From Azolla caroliniana (taxonomy: Eukaryota; Plantae; Polypodiophyta): DNA of 64,000 nucleotides. Positions 8,257 to 23,200 of the stretch are shown piece by piece; within the stretch, counting starts at the first letter, position 1, and every line of letters starts with the position of its first letter. The DNA lies in NCBI GenBank assembly GCA_043228905.1, contig JBHGNT010000020.1:15860122-15924121 (forward strand), given 5' to 3'. A program made the position numbers and the translations under genes. The notes under the pieces are model-generated. The model had not been told where the DNA came from. It saw nothing but the letters and a program-made list of their open reading frames with translations, and made no database searches.

Positions 8257-8261
8257 TGACA

Positions 8262-11200
8262 GTCCCTCCTCAAATTTGCTAATTCTTTCATGTCTCTCGA
8301 CCTGAGTTTCAAAATCTTGATTTTTTAATTCCATAAGATAGCTAGCATTGTTAGCTTCGATAAGCATGTTTGAACACAAAAATCCATTATCACACGAGCC
8401 AGGTATGAACATTTTAATTTACTCAGGGGCTCTTCTCAACTCCCTCCTCAAATTTGCTAATTTCTTCATGTCTCTCGACCTGAGTTTCAAAATCTTGATT
8501 TTTTAATTCCATGTCATAGCTAGGGTTCTGAGCTTCCATTCGCATCTTTGAACACAAAAATCCGATATCACACGAGCCAGGTATGACCATTTTAATTTAG
8601 TCACGGGCTCTTCTCAAGTCCCTCCTCAAATTTGCTAATTTCTTCATGTCTCTCGACCTGAGTTTCAAAATCTTGAGTTTTTAATTCCATGTCATAGCTA
8701 GAGTTGTGAGCTTCGATTCGCATGTACGAACACAAAAATCCGATATCACACGAGCGAGGTATGACCATTTTAATTTACTCATGGGTTCTTCTCAAGTCCC
8801 TCCTCAAATTTGCTAATTCCTTCATGTCTCTTGACCTAAGTTTGAAAATCTTGATTTTTTAATTCCATGTCATAGGTAGGGTTGTGAGCTTCCATTCGCA
8901 TCTTTGAACACAAAAATCCGATATCACACGAGCCAGGTATGACCATTTTAATTTACTCACGGGCTCTTGTCAACTCCCTCCTCAAATTTGCTAATTTCTT
9001 CATGTCTCTCGACCTGAGTTTCAAAATCTTGATTTTTTAATTCTATATCATAGCTAGCATTGTTAGCTTCGATAAGCATGTTTGAACACAGAAATCCGAT
9101 ATCACACGAGCCAGGTATGACCATTTTAATTTACTCAGGGGCTCTTCTCAACTCCCTCCTCAACTTTGCTAATTTTTTCATGTCTCTCGACCTGAGTTTC
9201 AAAATCTTGATTTTTAAATTCAATAAGATAGCTAGCTTTGTTAGCTTCGATTTGCATCTTTGAACACAAAAATCCGATATCACACGAGCGAGGTATGACC
9301 ATTCTAATTTACTCATGGGCTCTTCTCAAGTCCCTCCTCAAATTTGCTAATTCCTTCATGTCTCTTGACCTGAGTTTCAAAATCTTGATTTTTTAATTCC
9401 ATAAGATAGCTAGCGTTGTTAGCTTCGATTCGCATCTTTGAACACAAAAATCCGATATCACACGAGCCAGGTATGACCAATTTAATTTACTCACAGGCTC
9501 TTCTCAAGTCCCTCCTCAAATTGGCTAATTTCTTCATGTCTCTCGACCTGAGTTTCAAAATCTTGATTTTTTAATTCCATAAGATAGCTGGGGTTGTGAG
9601 CTTCGATTTGCATGTTTGATCACAAAAATCCATTATCACACGAGCCAGGTATGAACATTTTAATTTACTCACGGGCTCTTCTCAAGTCCCTCCTCAAATT
9701 TGCTAATTTCTTCATGTCTCTCGACCTGAGTTTCAAAATCTTGATTTTTTAATTCCATGTCATAGCTAGGGTTCTGAGCTTCCATTCGCATGTTTGAATA
9801 CAGAAATCCGATATCACACGAGCCAGGTATGACCATTTTAATTTACTCACGGGCTCTTCTCAAGTCCCTCCTCAAATTTGCTAATTTCTTCATGTCTCTC
9901 GACCTGAGTTTCAAAATCTTGAGTTTTTAATTCCATGTCATAGCTAGAGTTGTGAGCTTCGATTCGCATGTTCGAACACAAAAATCCGATATCACACGAG
10001 CGAGGTATGACCATTTTAATTTACTCATGGGTTCTTCTCAAGTCCCTCCTCAAATTTGCTAATTCCTTCATGTCTCTCGACCTGAGTTTCAAAATCTTGA
10101 TTTTTTAATTATATATCATAGCTAACGTTGTTAGCTTCGATTCGCATGTTTGAACACAAAAATCCGATATCACACGAGCCAGGTATGACCATTTTAATTT
10201 ACTCACAGGCTCTTCTCAAGTCCCTCCTCAAATTGGCTAATTCCTTCATGTCTCTCGACCGGAGTTTCAAAATCTTGATTTTTTAATTCCATAAGATAGC
10301 TAGGGTTGTGAGCTTCGATTTGCATGTTTGATCACAAAAATCCATTATCACACGAGCCAGGTATGAACATTTTAATTTACTCACGGGCTCTTCTCAAGTC
10401 CCTCCTCAAATTTGCTAATTTCTTCATGTCTCTTGACCTGAGTTTCAAAATCTTGATTTTTTAATTCCATGTCATAGCTAGGGTTGTGAGCTTCGATTCG
10501 CATGTTTGAACACAAAAATCCGATATCACATGAGCCAGGTATGACCATTTTAATTTACTCACGGGCTCTTGTCAACTCCCTCCTCAAATTTGCTAATTTC
10601 TTCATGTCTCTTGACCTGAGTTTCAAAATCTTGATTTTTTAATTCCATGTCATAGCTAGGGTTGTGAGCTTCCATTCACATCTTTGAACTCAAAAATCCG
10701 ATATCACACGAGCCAGGTATGACCACTTTAATTTACTCACGGGCTCTTCTCAATTCCCTTCTCAAATTTGCTAATTTCTTCATGTCTCTGGACCTGAGTT
10801 TCAAAATCTTGATTTTTTAATTCCATGTCATAGCTAGGGTTGTGAGCTTCGATTCGCATCTTTGAACACAAAAATCTGATATCACACGAGCCAGGTATGA
10901 CCATTTTAATTTACTCACAGGCTCTTCTCAAGTCCCTCCTCAAATTGGCTAATTCCTTCATGTCTGTCGACCTGAGTTTCAAAATCTTGATTTTTTAATT
11001 CCATAAGATAGCTAGGGTTGAGACCTTAGATTTGCATGTTTGATCACAAAAATCCATTATCACACGAGCCAGGTATGAATATTTTAAATTACTCACGGGC
11101 TCTTTTCAACTCCCTCCTCAAATTTGCTAATTTCTTCATGTCTCTTGACCTGAGTTTCAAAATCTTGATTTTTTAATTCCATGTCATAGCTAGGGTTGTG

Positions 11201-14200
11201 AGCTTTGATTCGCATGTTTGAACAGAAAAAACCGATATCACACGAGCCAGGTATGACCATTTTAATTTACTAACGGGCTCTTGTCAACTCCCTCCTCAAA
11301 TTTGCTAATTTCTTCATGTCTCTCGACCTGAGTTTCCAAATCTTGATTTTTAAATTCAATAAGATAGCTAGCCTTGTTAGCTTCGATTTGCATGTTTGAT
11401 CACAAAAATCCATTATCAAACGAGCCAGGTATGAACATTTTAATTTTGTCACGGGCTCTTCTCAACTCCCTCCTCAAATTTGCTAATTTCTTCATCTCTC
11501 TCGACCTGATTTCCATAAGATAGCTAGCGTTGTTAGCTTCGATTCGCATCGTTGAACACAAAAATCCGATATGACACGAGCCAGGTATGACCATTTTAAT
11601 TTACTCACGGGCTCTTGTCAACTCCCTCCTCAAATTTGCTAATTTCTTCATGTCTCTCGACCTGAGTTTCCAAATCTTGATTTTTAAATTCAATAAGATA
11701 GCTAGCTTTGTTAGCTTCGATTTGCATGTTTGATCACAAAAATCCATTATCACACGAGCCAGGTATGAACATTTTAATTTACTCACGGGCTCTTCTCAAC
11801 TCCCTCCTCAAATTTGCTAATTTCTTCATGTCTCTTGACCTGAGTTTCAAAATCTTGATTTTTTAATTCCATGTCATAGCTAGGGTTGTGAGCTTCGATT
11901 CGCATGTTTGAACACAAAAATCCGATATCACATGAGCCAGGTATGACCATTTTAATTTACTCACGGGCTCTTGTCAACTCCCTCCTCAAATTTGCTAATT
12001 TCTTCATGTCTCTTGACCTGAGTTTCAAAATCTTGATTTTTTAATTCCATGTCATAGCTAGGGTTGTGAGCTTCCATTCACATCTTTGAACTCAAAAATC
12101 CGATATCACACGAGCCAGGTATGACCACTTTAATTTACTCACGGGCTCTTCTCAATTCCCTTCTCAAATTTGCTAATTTCTTCATGTCTCTCGACCTGAG
12201 TTTCAAAATCTTGATTTTTTAATTCCATGTCATAGCTAGGGTTGTGAGCTTCGATTCGCATCTTTGAACACAAAAATCTGATATCACACGAGCCAGGTAT
12301 GACCATTTTAATTTACTCACAGGCTCTTCTCAAGTCCCTCCTCAAATTGGCTAATTCCTTCATGTCTGTCGACCTGAGTTTCAAAATCTTGATTTTTTAA
12401 TTCCATAAGATAGCTAGGGTTGAGACCTTAGATTTGCATGTTTGATCACAAAAATCCATTATCACATGAGCCAGGTATGAATATTTTAAATTACTCACGG
12501 GCTCTTTTCAACTCCCTCCTCAAATTTGCTAATTTCTTCATGTCTCTTGACCTGAGTTTCAAAATCTTGATTTTTTAATTCCATGTCATAGCTAGGGTTG
12601 TGAGCTTCGATTCGCATGTTTGAACAGAAAAAACCGATATCACACGAGCCAGGTATGACCATTTTAATTTACTAACGGGCTCTTGTCAACTCCCTCCTCA
12701 AATTTGCTAATTTCTTCATGTCTCTCGACCTGAGTTTCCAAATCTTGATTTTTAAATTCAATAAGATAGCTAGCCTTGTTAGCTTCGATTTGCATGTTTG
12801 ATCACAAAAATCCATTATCAAACGAGCCAGGTATGAACATTTTAATTTTGTCACGGGCTCTTCTCAACTCCCTCCTCAAATTTGCTAATTTCTTCATCTC
12901 TCTCGACCTGATTTCCATAAGATAGCTAGCGTTGTTAGCTTCGATTCGCATCGTTGAACACAAAAATCCGATATCACACGAGCCAGGTATGACCATTTTA
13001 ATTTACTCACGGGCTCTTGTCAACTCCCTCCTCAAATTTGCTAATTTCTTCATGTCTCTCGACCTGAGTTTCCAAATCTTGATTTTTAAATTCAATAAGA
13101 TAGCTAGCTTTGTTAGCTTCGATTTGCATGTTTGATCACAAAAATCCATTATCACACGAGCCAGGTATGAACATTTTAATTTACTCACGGGCTCTTCTCA
13201 ACTCCCTCCTCAAATTTGCTAATTTCTTCATGTTTCTCGACCTGAGTTTCAAAATCTTGATTTTTTAATTCCATGTCATAGCTAGGGTTGTGAGCTTCGA
13301 TTCGCATGTTTGAACACAAAAATCCGATATCACACGAGCCAGGTATGACCATTTTAATTTACTCACGGGCTCTTGTCAACTCCCTCCTCAAATTTGCTAA
13401 TTCCTTCATGTCTCTCGACCTGAGTTTCAAAATCTTGATTTTTAAATTCAATAAGATAGCTAGCTTTGTTAGCTTCGATTTGCATCTTTGAACACAAAAA
13501 TCCGATATCACACGAGCGAGGTATAACCATTTTAATTTACTCATGGGTTCTTCTCAAGTCCCTCCTCAAATTTGCTAATTCCTTCATGTCTCTTGACCTA
13601 AGTTTGAAAATCTTGATTTTTTAATTCCATGTCATAGCTAGGGTTGTGAGCTTCCATTCGCATCTTTGAACACAAAAATCCGATATCACACGAGCCAGGT
13701 ATGACCATTTTAATTTACTCACGGGCTCTTGTCAACTCCCTCCTCAAATTTGCTAATTTCTTCATGTCTCTCGACCTGAGTTTCAAAATCTTGATTTTTT
13801 AATTCTATATCATAGCTAGCATTGTTAGCTTCGATATGCATGTTTGAACACAGAAATCCGATATCAGACGAGCCAGGTATGACCATTTTAAATTTACTCA
13901 GGGGCTCTTCTCAAGTCCCTCCTCAAATTGGCTAATTCCTTCATGTCTGTCGACCTGAGTTTCAAAATCTTGATTTTTTAATTCCATAAGATAGCTAGGG
14001 TTGAGACCTTAGATTTGCATGTTTGATCACAAAAATCCATTATCACACGAGCCAGGTATGAATATTTTAAATTACTCACGGGCTCTTTTCAACTCCCTCC
14101 TCAAATTTGCTAATTTCTTCATGTCTCTTGACCTGAGTTTCAAAATCTTGATTTTTTAATTCCATGTCATAGCTAGGGTTGTGAGCTTCGATTCGCATGT

Positions 14201-17200
14201 TTGAACACAAAAATCCGATATCACACGAGCCAGGTATGACCATTTTAATTTACTAACGGGCTCTTGTCAACTCCCTCCTCAAATTTGCTAATTTCTTCAT
14301 GTCTCTCGACCTGAGTTTCCAAATCTTGATTTTTAAATTCAATAAGATAGCTAGCCTTGTTAGCTTCGATTTGCATGTTTGATCACAAAAATCCATTATC
14401 AAACGAGCCAGGTATGAACATTTTAATTTTGTCACGGGCTCTTCTCAACTCCCTCCTCAAATTTGCTAATTTCTTCATCTCTCTCGACCTGATTTTCAAA
14501 ATCTTGATTTTTTAATTCCATAAGATAGCTAGCGTTGTTAGCTTCGATTCGCATCGTTGAACACAAAAATCCGATATCACACGAGCCAGGTAAGACCATT
14601 TTAATTTACTCACGGGCTCTTGTCAACTCCCTCCTCAAATTTGCTAATTTCTTCATGTCTCTCGACCTGAGTTTCCAAATCTTGATTTTTAAATTCAATA
14701 AGATAGCTAGCTTTGTTAGCTTCGATTTGCATGTTTGATCACAAAAATCCATTATCACACGAGCCAGGTATGAACATTTTAATTTACTCACGGGCTCTTC
14801 TCAACTCCCTCCTCAAATTTGCTAATTTCTTCATGTTTCTCGACCTGAGTTTGAAAATCTTGATTTTTTAACTCCATGTCATAGCTAGGGTTGTGAGCTT
14901 CGATTCGCATGTTTGAACACAAAAATCCGATATCACACGAGCCAGGTATGACCATTTTAATTTACTAACGGGCTCTTGTCAACTCCCTCCTCAAATTTGC
15001 TAATTTCTTCATGTCTCTCGACCTGAGTTTCCAAATCTTGATTTTTAAATTCAATAAGATAGCTAGCCTTGTTAGCTTCGATTTGCATGTTTGATCACAA
15101 AAATCCATTATCAAACGAGCCAGGTATGAACATTTTAATTTTGTCACGGGCTCTTCTCAACTCCCTCCTCAAATTTGCTAATTTCTTCATCTCTCTCGAC
15201 CTGATTTTCAAAATCTTGATTTTTTAATTCCATAAGATAGCTAGTGTTGTTAGCTTCGATTCGCATCGTTGAACACAAAAATCCGATATCACACGAGCCA
15301 GGTATGACCATTTTAATTTACTCACGGGCTCTTGTCAACTCCCTCCTCAAATTTGCTAATTTCTTCATGTCTCTCGACCTGAGTTTCCAAATCTTGATTT
15401 TTAAATTCAATAAGATAGCTAGCTTTGTTAGCTTCGATTTGCATGTTTGATCACAAAAATCCATTATCACACGAGCCAGGTATGAACATTTTAATTTACT
15501 CACGGGCTCTTCTCAACTCCCTCCTCAAATTTGCTAATTTCTTCATGTTTCTCGACCTGAGTTTCAAAATCTTGATTTTTTAATTCCATGTCATAGCTAG
15601 GGTTGTGAGCTTCGATTCGCATGTTTGAACACAAAAATCCGATATCACACGAGCCAGGTATGACCATTTTAATTTACTCACGGGCTCTTGTCAACTCCCT
15701 CCTCAAATTTGCTAATTTCTTCATGTCTCTCGACCTGAGTTTCAAAATCTTGATTTTTAAATTCAATAAGATAGCTAGCTTTGTTAGCTTCGATTTGCAT
15801 CTTTGAACACAAAAATCCGATATCACACGAGCGAGGTATGACCATTTTAATTTACTCATGGGTTCTTCTCAAGTCCCTCCTCAAATTTGCTAATTTCTTC
15901 ATGTCTCTTGACCTGAGTTTCAAAATCTTGATTTTTTAATTCCATGTCATAGGTAGGGTTGTGAGCTTCCATTCGCATCTTTGAACACAAAAATCCGATA
16001 TCACACGAGCCAGGTATGACCATTTTAATTTACTCACGGGCTCTTCTCAACTCCCTCCTCAAATTTGCTAATTTCTTCATGTCTCTCGAGCTGAAGTTCA
16101 AAATCTTGATTTTTTAATTCCATAAGATAGCTAGCGTTGTTAGCTTCGATTCGCATCTTTGAACACAAAAATCCGATATCACACGAGCTAGGTATGACCA
16201 TTTTAATTTACTCACAGGCTCTTCTCAAGTCCCTCCTCAAATTGGCTAATTCCTTCATGTCTCTCGACCTGAGTTTCAAAATCTTGATTTTTTAATTCCA
16301 TAAGATAGCTAGGGTTGTGAGCTTCGATTTGCATGTTTGATCACAAAAATCCATTATCACACGAGCCAGGTATGATCATTTTAATTTACTCACGGGCTCT
16401 TCTCAACTCCCTCCTCAAATTTGCTAATTTCTTCATGTCTCTCGACCTGAGTTACAAAATCTTGAGTTTTTAATTCCATGTCATAGCTAGAGTTGTTATC
16501 TTCGATTCGCATGCTCGAACACAAAAATTTGATGTCACACGAGCCAGGTATGACCATTTTAATTTACTCACGGGCTCTTCTCAAGTCCCTCCTCAAATTT
16601 GCTAATTTTTTCATGTCTCTCGACCTGAGTTTCAAAATCTTGATTTTTAAATTCAATAAGATAGCTAGCTTTGTTAGCTTCGATTTGCATCTTTGAACAC
16701 AAAAATCCGATATCACACGAGCGAGGTATGACCATTCTAATTTACTCACGGGCTCTTCTCAAGTCCCTCCTCAAATTTGCTAATTCCTTCATGTCTCTTG
16801 ACCTGAGTTTCAAAATCTTGAGTTTTTAATTCCATGTCATAGCTAGAGTTGTTATCTTCGATTCGCATGCTCGAACACAAAAATTTGATGTCACACGAGC
16901 CAGGTATGACCATTTTAATTTACTCACGGGCTCTTCTCAAGTCCCTCCTCAAATTTGCTAATTTTTTCATGTCTCTCGACCTGAGTTTCAAAATCTTGAT
17001 TTTTAAATTCAATAAGATAGCTAGCTTTGTTAGCTTCGATTTGCATCTTTGAACACAAAAATCCGATATCACACGAGCGAGGTATGACCATTCTAATTTA
17101 CTCATGGGCTCTTCTCAAGTCCCTCCTCAAATTTGCTAATTTCTTCATGTCTCTCGACCTGAGTTTCAAAATCTTGATTTTTTAATTCCATGTCATAGCT

Positions 17201-20200
17201 AGGGTTGTGAGCTTCAATTCGCATGTTTGAACACAAAAATCCGATATCACACGAGCCAGGTATGACCATTTTAATTTACTCACGGGCTCTTGTCAACTCC
17301 CTCCTCAAATTTGCTAATTTCTTCATGTCTCTCGACCTGAGTTTCAAAATCTTGATTTTTTAATTCCATAAGATAGCTAGCGTTGTTAGCTTCGATTCGC
17401 ATCTTTGAACACAAAAATCCGATATCACACGAGCCAGGTATGACCATTTTAATTTACTCACAGGCTCTTCTCAAGTCCCTCCTCAAATTGGCTAATTCCT
17501 TCATGTCTCTTGACCTAAGTTTGAAAATCTTGATTTTTTAATTCCATGTCATAGCTAGGGTTGTGAGCTTCCATTCGCATCTTTGAACACAAAAATCCGA
17601 TATCACACGAGCCAGGTATGACCATTTTAATTTACTCACGGGCTCTTGTCAACTCCCTCCTCAAATTTGCTAATTTCTTCATGTCTCTCGACCTGAGTTT
17701 CAAAATCTTGATTTTTTAATTCTATATCATAGCTAGCATTGTTAGCTTCGATATGCATGTTTGAACACAGAAATCCGATATCAGACGAGCCAGGTATGAC
17801 CATTTTAAATTTACTCAGGGGCTCTTCTCAAGTCCCTCCTCAAATTGGCTAATTCCTTCATGTCTGTCGACCTGAGTTTCAAAATCTTGATTTTTTAATT
17901 CCATAAGATAGCTAGGGTTGAGACCTTAGATTTGCATGTTTGATCACAAAAATCCATTATCACACGAGCCAGGTATGAATATTTTAAATTACTCACGGGC
18001 TCTTTTCAACTCCCTCCTCAAATTTGCTAATTTCTTCATGTCTCTTGACCTGAGTTTCAAAATCTTGATTTTTTAATTCCATGTCATAGCTAGGGTTGTG
18101 AGCTTCGATTCGCATGTTTGAACACAAAAATCCGATATCACACGAGCCAGGTATGACCATTTTAATTTACTAACGGGCTCTTGTCAACTCCCTCCTCAAA
18201 TTTGCTAATTTCTTCATGTCTCTCGACCTGAGTTTCCAAATCTTGAGTTTTAAATTCAATAAGATAGCTAGCCTTGTTAGCTTCGATTTGCATGTTTGAT
18301 CACAAAAATCCATTATCAAACGAGCCAGGTATGAACATTTTAATTTTGTCACGGGCTCTTCTCAACTCCCTCCTCAAATTTGCTAATTTCTTCATCTCTC
18401 TCGACCTGATTTTCAAAATCTTGATTTTTTAATTCCATAAGATAGCTAGCGTTGTTAGCTTCGATTCGCATCGTTGAACACAAAAATCTGATATCACACG
18501 AGCCAGGTAAGACCATTTTAATTTACTCACGGGCTCTTGTCAACTCCCTCCTCAAATTTGCTAATTTCTTCATGTCTCTTGACCTGAGTTTCAAAATCTT
18601 GATTTTTTAATTCCATGTCATAGCTAGGGTTGTGAGCTTCCATTCACATCTTTGAACTCAAAAATCCGATATCACACGAGCCAGGTATGACCACTTTAAT
18701 TTACTCACGGGCTCTTCTCAATTCCCTTCTCAAATTTGCTAATTTCTTCATGTCTCTCGACCTGAGTTTCAAAATCTTGATTTTTTAATTCCATGTCATA
18801 GCTAGGGTTGTGAGCTTCGATTCGCATCTTTGAACACAAAAATCTGATATCACACGAGCCAGGTATGACCATTTTAATTTACTCACAGGCTCTTCTCAAG
18901 TCCCTCCTCAAATTGGCTAATTCCTTCATGTCTGTCCACCTGAGTTTCAAAATCTTGATTTTTTAATTCCATAAGATAGCTAGGGTTGAGACCTTAGATT
19001 TGCATGTTTGATCACAAAAATCCATTATCACATGAGCCAGGTATGAATATTTTAAATTACTCACGGGCTCTTTTCAACTCCCTCCTCAAATTTGCTAATT
19101 TCTTCATGTCTCTTGACCTGAGTTTCAAAATCTTGATTTTTTAATTCCATGTCATAGCTAGGGTTGTGAGCTTCGATTCGCATGTTTGAACAGAAAAAAC
19201 CGATATCACACGAGCCAGGTATGACCATTTTAATTTACTAACGGGCTCTTGTCAACTCCCTCCTCAAATTTGCTAATTTCTTCATGTCTCTCGACCTGAG
19301 TTTCCAAATCTTGATTTTTAAATTCAATAAGATAGCTAGCCTCGTTAGCTTCGATTTGCATGTTTGATCACAAAAATCCATTATCAAACGAGCCAGGTAT
19401 GAACATTTTAATTTTGTCACGGGCTCTTCTCAACTCCCTCCTCAAATTTGCTAATTTCTTCATCTCTCTCGACCTGATTTCCATAAGATAGCTAGCGTTG
19501 TTAGCTTCGATTCGCATCGTTGAACACAAAAATCCGATATCACACGAGCCAGGTATGACCATTTTAATTTACTCACGGGCTCTTGTCAACTCCCTCCTCA
19601 AATTTGCTAATTTCTTCATGTCTCTCGACCTGAGTTTCCAAATCTTGATTTTTAAATTCAATAAGATAGCTAGCTTTGTTAGCTTCGATTTGCATGTTTG
19701 ATCACAAAAATCCATTATCACACGAGCCAGGTATGAACATTTTAATTTACTCACGGGCTCTTCTCAACTCCCTCCTCAAATTTGCTAATTTCTTCATGTT
19801 TCTCGACCTGAGTTTCAAAATCTTGATTTTTTAATTCCATGTCATAGCTAGGGTTGTGAGCTTCGATTCGCATGTTTGAACACAAAAATCCGATATCACA
19901 CGAGCCAGGTATGACCATTTTAATTTACTCACGGGCTCTTGTCAACTCCCTCCTCAAATTTGCTAATTCCTTCATGTCTCTCGACCTGAGTTTCAAAATC
20001 TTGATTTTTAAATTCAATAAGATAGCTAGCTTTGTTAGCTTCGATTTGCATCTTTGAACACAAAAATCCGATATCACACGAGCGAGGTATGACCATTTTA
20101 ATTTACTCATGGGTTCTTCTCAAGTCCCTCCTCAAATTTGCTAATTCCTTCATGTCTCTTGACCTAAGTTTGAAAATCTTGATTTTTTAATTCCATGTCA

Positions 20201-23200
20201 TAGCTAGGGTTGTGAGCTTCCATTCGCATCTTTGAACACAAAAATCCGATATCACACGAGCCAGGTATGACCATTTTAATTTACTCACGGGCTCTTGTCA
20301 ACTCCCTCCTCAAATTTGCTAATTTCTTCATGTCTCTCGACCTGAGTTTCAAAATCTTGATTTTTTAATTCTATATCATAGCTAGCATTGTTAGCTTCGA
20401 TATGCATGTTTGAACACAGAAATCCGATATCAGACGAGCCAGGTATGACCATTTTAAATTTACTCAGGGGCTCTTCTCAAGTCCCTCCTCAAATTGGCTA
20501 ATTCCTTCATGTCTGTCGACCTGAGTTTCAAAATCTTGATTTTTTAATTCCATAAGATAGCTAGGGTTGAGACCTTAGATTTGCATGTTTGATCACAAAA
20601 ATCCATTATCACACGAGCCAGGTATGAATATTTTAAATTACTCACGGGCTCTTTTCAACTCCCTCCTCAAATTTGCTAATTTCTTCATGTCTCTTGACCT
20701 GAGTTTCAAAATCTTGATTTTTTAATTCCATGTCATAGCTAGGGTTGTGAGCTTCCATTCGCATCTTTGAACACAAAAATCCGATATCACACGAGCCAGG
20801 TATGACCATTTTAATTTACTAACGGGCTCTTGTCAACTCCCTCCTCAAATTTGCTAATTTCTTCATGTCTCTCGACCTGAGTTTCAAAATCTTGATTTTT
20901 AAATTCAATAAGATAGCTAGCCTTGTTAGCTTCGATTTGCATCTTTGAACACAAAAATCCGATATCACACGAGCGAGGTATGACCATTCTAATTTACTCA
21001 CGGGCTCTTCTCAAGTCCCTCCTCAAATTTGCTAATTCCTTCATGTCTCTTGACCTGAGTTTCAAAATCTTGAGTTTTTAATTCCATGTCATAGCTAGAG
21101 TTGTTATCTTCGATTCGCATGCTCGAACACAAAAATTTGATGTCACACGAGCCAGGTATGACCATTTTAATTTACTCACGGGCTCTTCTCAAGTCCCTCC
21201 TCAAATTTGCTAATTTTTTCATGTCTCTCGACCTGAGTTTCAAAATCTTGATTTTTAAATTCAATAAGATAGCTAGCTTTGTTAGCTTCGATTTGCATCT
21301 TTGAACACAAAAATCCGATATCACACGAGCGAGGTATGACCATTCTAATTTACTCATGGGCTCTTCTCAAGTCCCTCCTCAAATTTGCTAATTTCTTCAT
21401 GTCTCTCGACCTGAGTTTCAAAATCTTGATTTTTTAATTCCATGTCATAGCTAGGGTTGTGAGCTTCAATTCGCATGTTTGAACACAAAAATCCGATATC
21501 ACACGAGCCAGGTATGACCATTTTAATTTACTCACGGGCTCTTGTCAACTCCCTCCTCAAATTTGCTAATTTCTTCATGTCTCTCGACCTGAGTTTCAAA
21601 ATCTTGATTTTTTAATTCCATAAGATAGCTAGCGTTGTTAGCTTCGATTCGCATCTTTGAACACAAAACTCCGATATCACACGAGCCAGGTATGACCATT
21701 TTAATTTACTCACAGGCTCTTCTCAAGTCCCTCCTCAAATTGGCTAATTCCTTCATGTCTCTCGACCTGAGTTTCAAAATCTTGATTTTGTAATTCCATA
21801 ACATAGCTAGGGTTGTGAGCTTCGATTTGCATGTTTGATCACAAAAATCCATTGTCACACGAGCCAGGTATGACCATTTTAATTTACTCACGGGCTCTTC
21901 TCAACTCCCTCCTCAAATTTGCTAATTTCTTCATGTCTCTCGACCTGAGTTTCAAAATCTTGAGTTTTTAATTCCATGTCATAGCTAGAGTTGTTATCTT
22001 CGATTCGCATGCTCGAACACAAAAATTTGATGTCACACGAGCCAGGTATGACCATTTTAATTTACTCACGGGCTCTTCTCAAGTCCCTCCTCAAATTGGC
22101 TAATTCCTTCATGTCTCTCGACCTGAGTTTCAAAATCTTGAGTTTTTAATTCCATGTCATAGCTAGAGTTGTTATCTTCGATTCGCATGCTCGAACACAA
22201 AAATTTGATGTCACACGAGCCAGGTATGACCATTTTAATTTACTCACGGGCTCTTCTCAAGTCCCTCCTCAAATTTGCTAATTTCTTCATGTCTCTCGAC
22301 CTGAGTTTCAAAATTTTGAGTTTTTAATTCCATGTCATAGCTATAGTTGTTATCTTCGATTCGCATGTTTGAACACAGAAATCCGATATCACACGAGCCA
22401 GGTATGACCATTTTAATTTACTCAGGGGCTCTTCTCAACTCCCTCCTCAAATTGGCTAATTCCTTCATGTCTCTCGAGCTGAGGTTCAAAATCTTGCTTT
22501 TTTAATTCCATAAGATAGCTAGCGTTGTGAGCTTCGATTCGCATCTTTGAACACAAAAATCCGATATCACACGAGCCAGGTATGACCATTTTAATTTACT
22601 CACGGGCTCTTGTCAACTCCCTCCTCAAATTTGCTAATTCCTTCATGTCTCTCGACCTGAGTTTCAAAATCTTGATTTTTTAATTCCATAAGATAGCTAG
22701 CATTGTTAGCTTCGATAAGCATGTTTGAACACAAAAATCCATTATCACACGAGCCAGGTATGAACATTTTAATTTACTCAGGGGCTCTTCTCAACTCCCT
22801 CCTCAAATTTGCTAATTTCTTCATGTCTCTCGACCTGAGTTTCAAAATCTTGATTTTTTAATTCCATGTCATAGCTAGGGTTCTGAGCTTCCATTCGCAT
22901 CTTTGAACACAAAAATCCGATATCACACGAGCCAGGTATGACCATTTTAATTTAGTCACGGGCTCTTCTCAAGTCCCTCCTCAAATTTGCTAATTTCTTC
23001 ATGTCTCTCGACCTGAGTTTCAAAATCTTGAGTTTTTAATTCCATGTCATAGCTAGAGTTGTGAACTTCGATTCGCATGTGCGAACACAAAAATCCGATA
23101 TCACACGAGCGAGGTATGACCATTTTAATTTACTCATGGGTTCTTCTCAATTCCCTCCTCAAATTTGCTAATTCCTTCATGTCTCTTGACCTAAGTTTGA

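Larger units (their letters stand above)
1813..8261 (-). mobile_element. Full-length Ty3/Gypsy chromovirus LTR retrotransposon (Tcn1/Tf1-sushi-like), element 1; gag disrupted by a nested insertion
   Basis: Two 439-bp TG...CA LTRs; 5-bp TSD GTCCC at 1808-1812 and 8262-8266; PPT; gag and PR-RT-RH-IN-chromodomain pol. Clade assignment is inferred from domain order, group I chromodomain and non-tRNA PBS. Confidence 0.97.
7823..8261 (-). repeat. 5' LTR of element 1 (439 bp), intact
   Basis: Direct repeat of 1813-2251 at offset 6010; contains TATA, self-primer, GA/CT microsatellite and the tRNA-like module. Confidence 0.97.
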
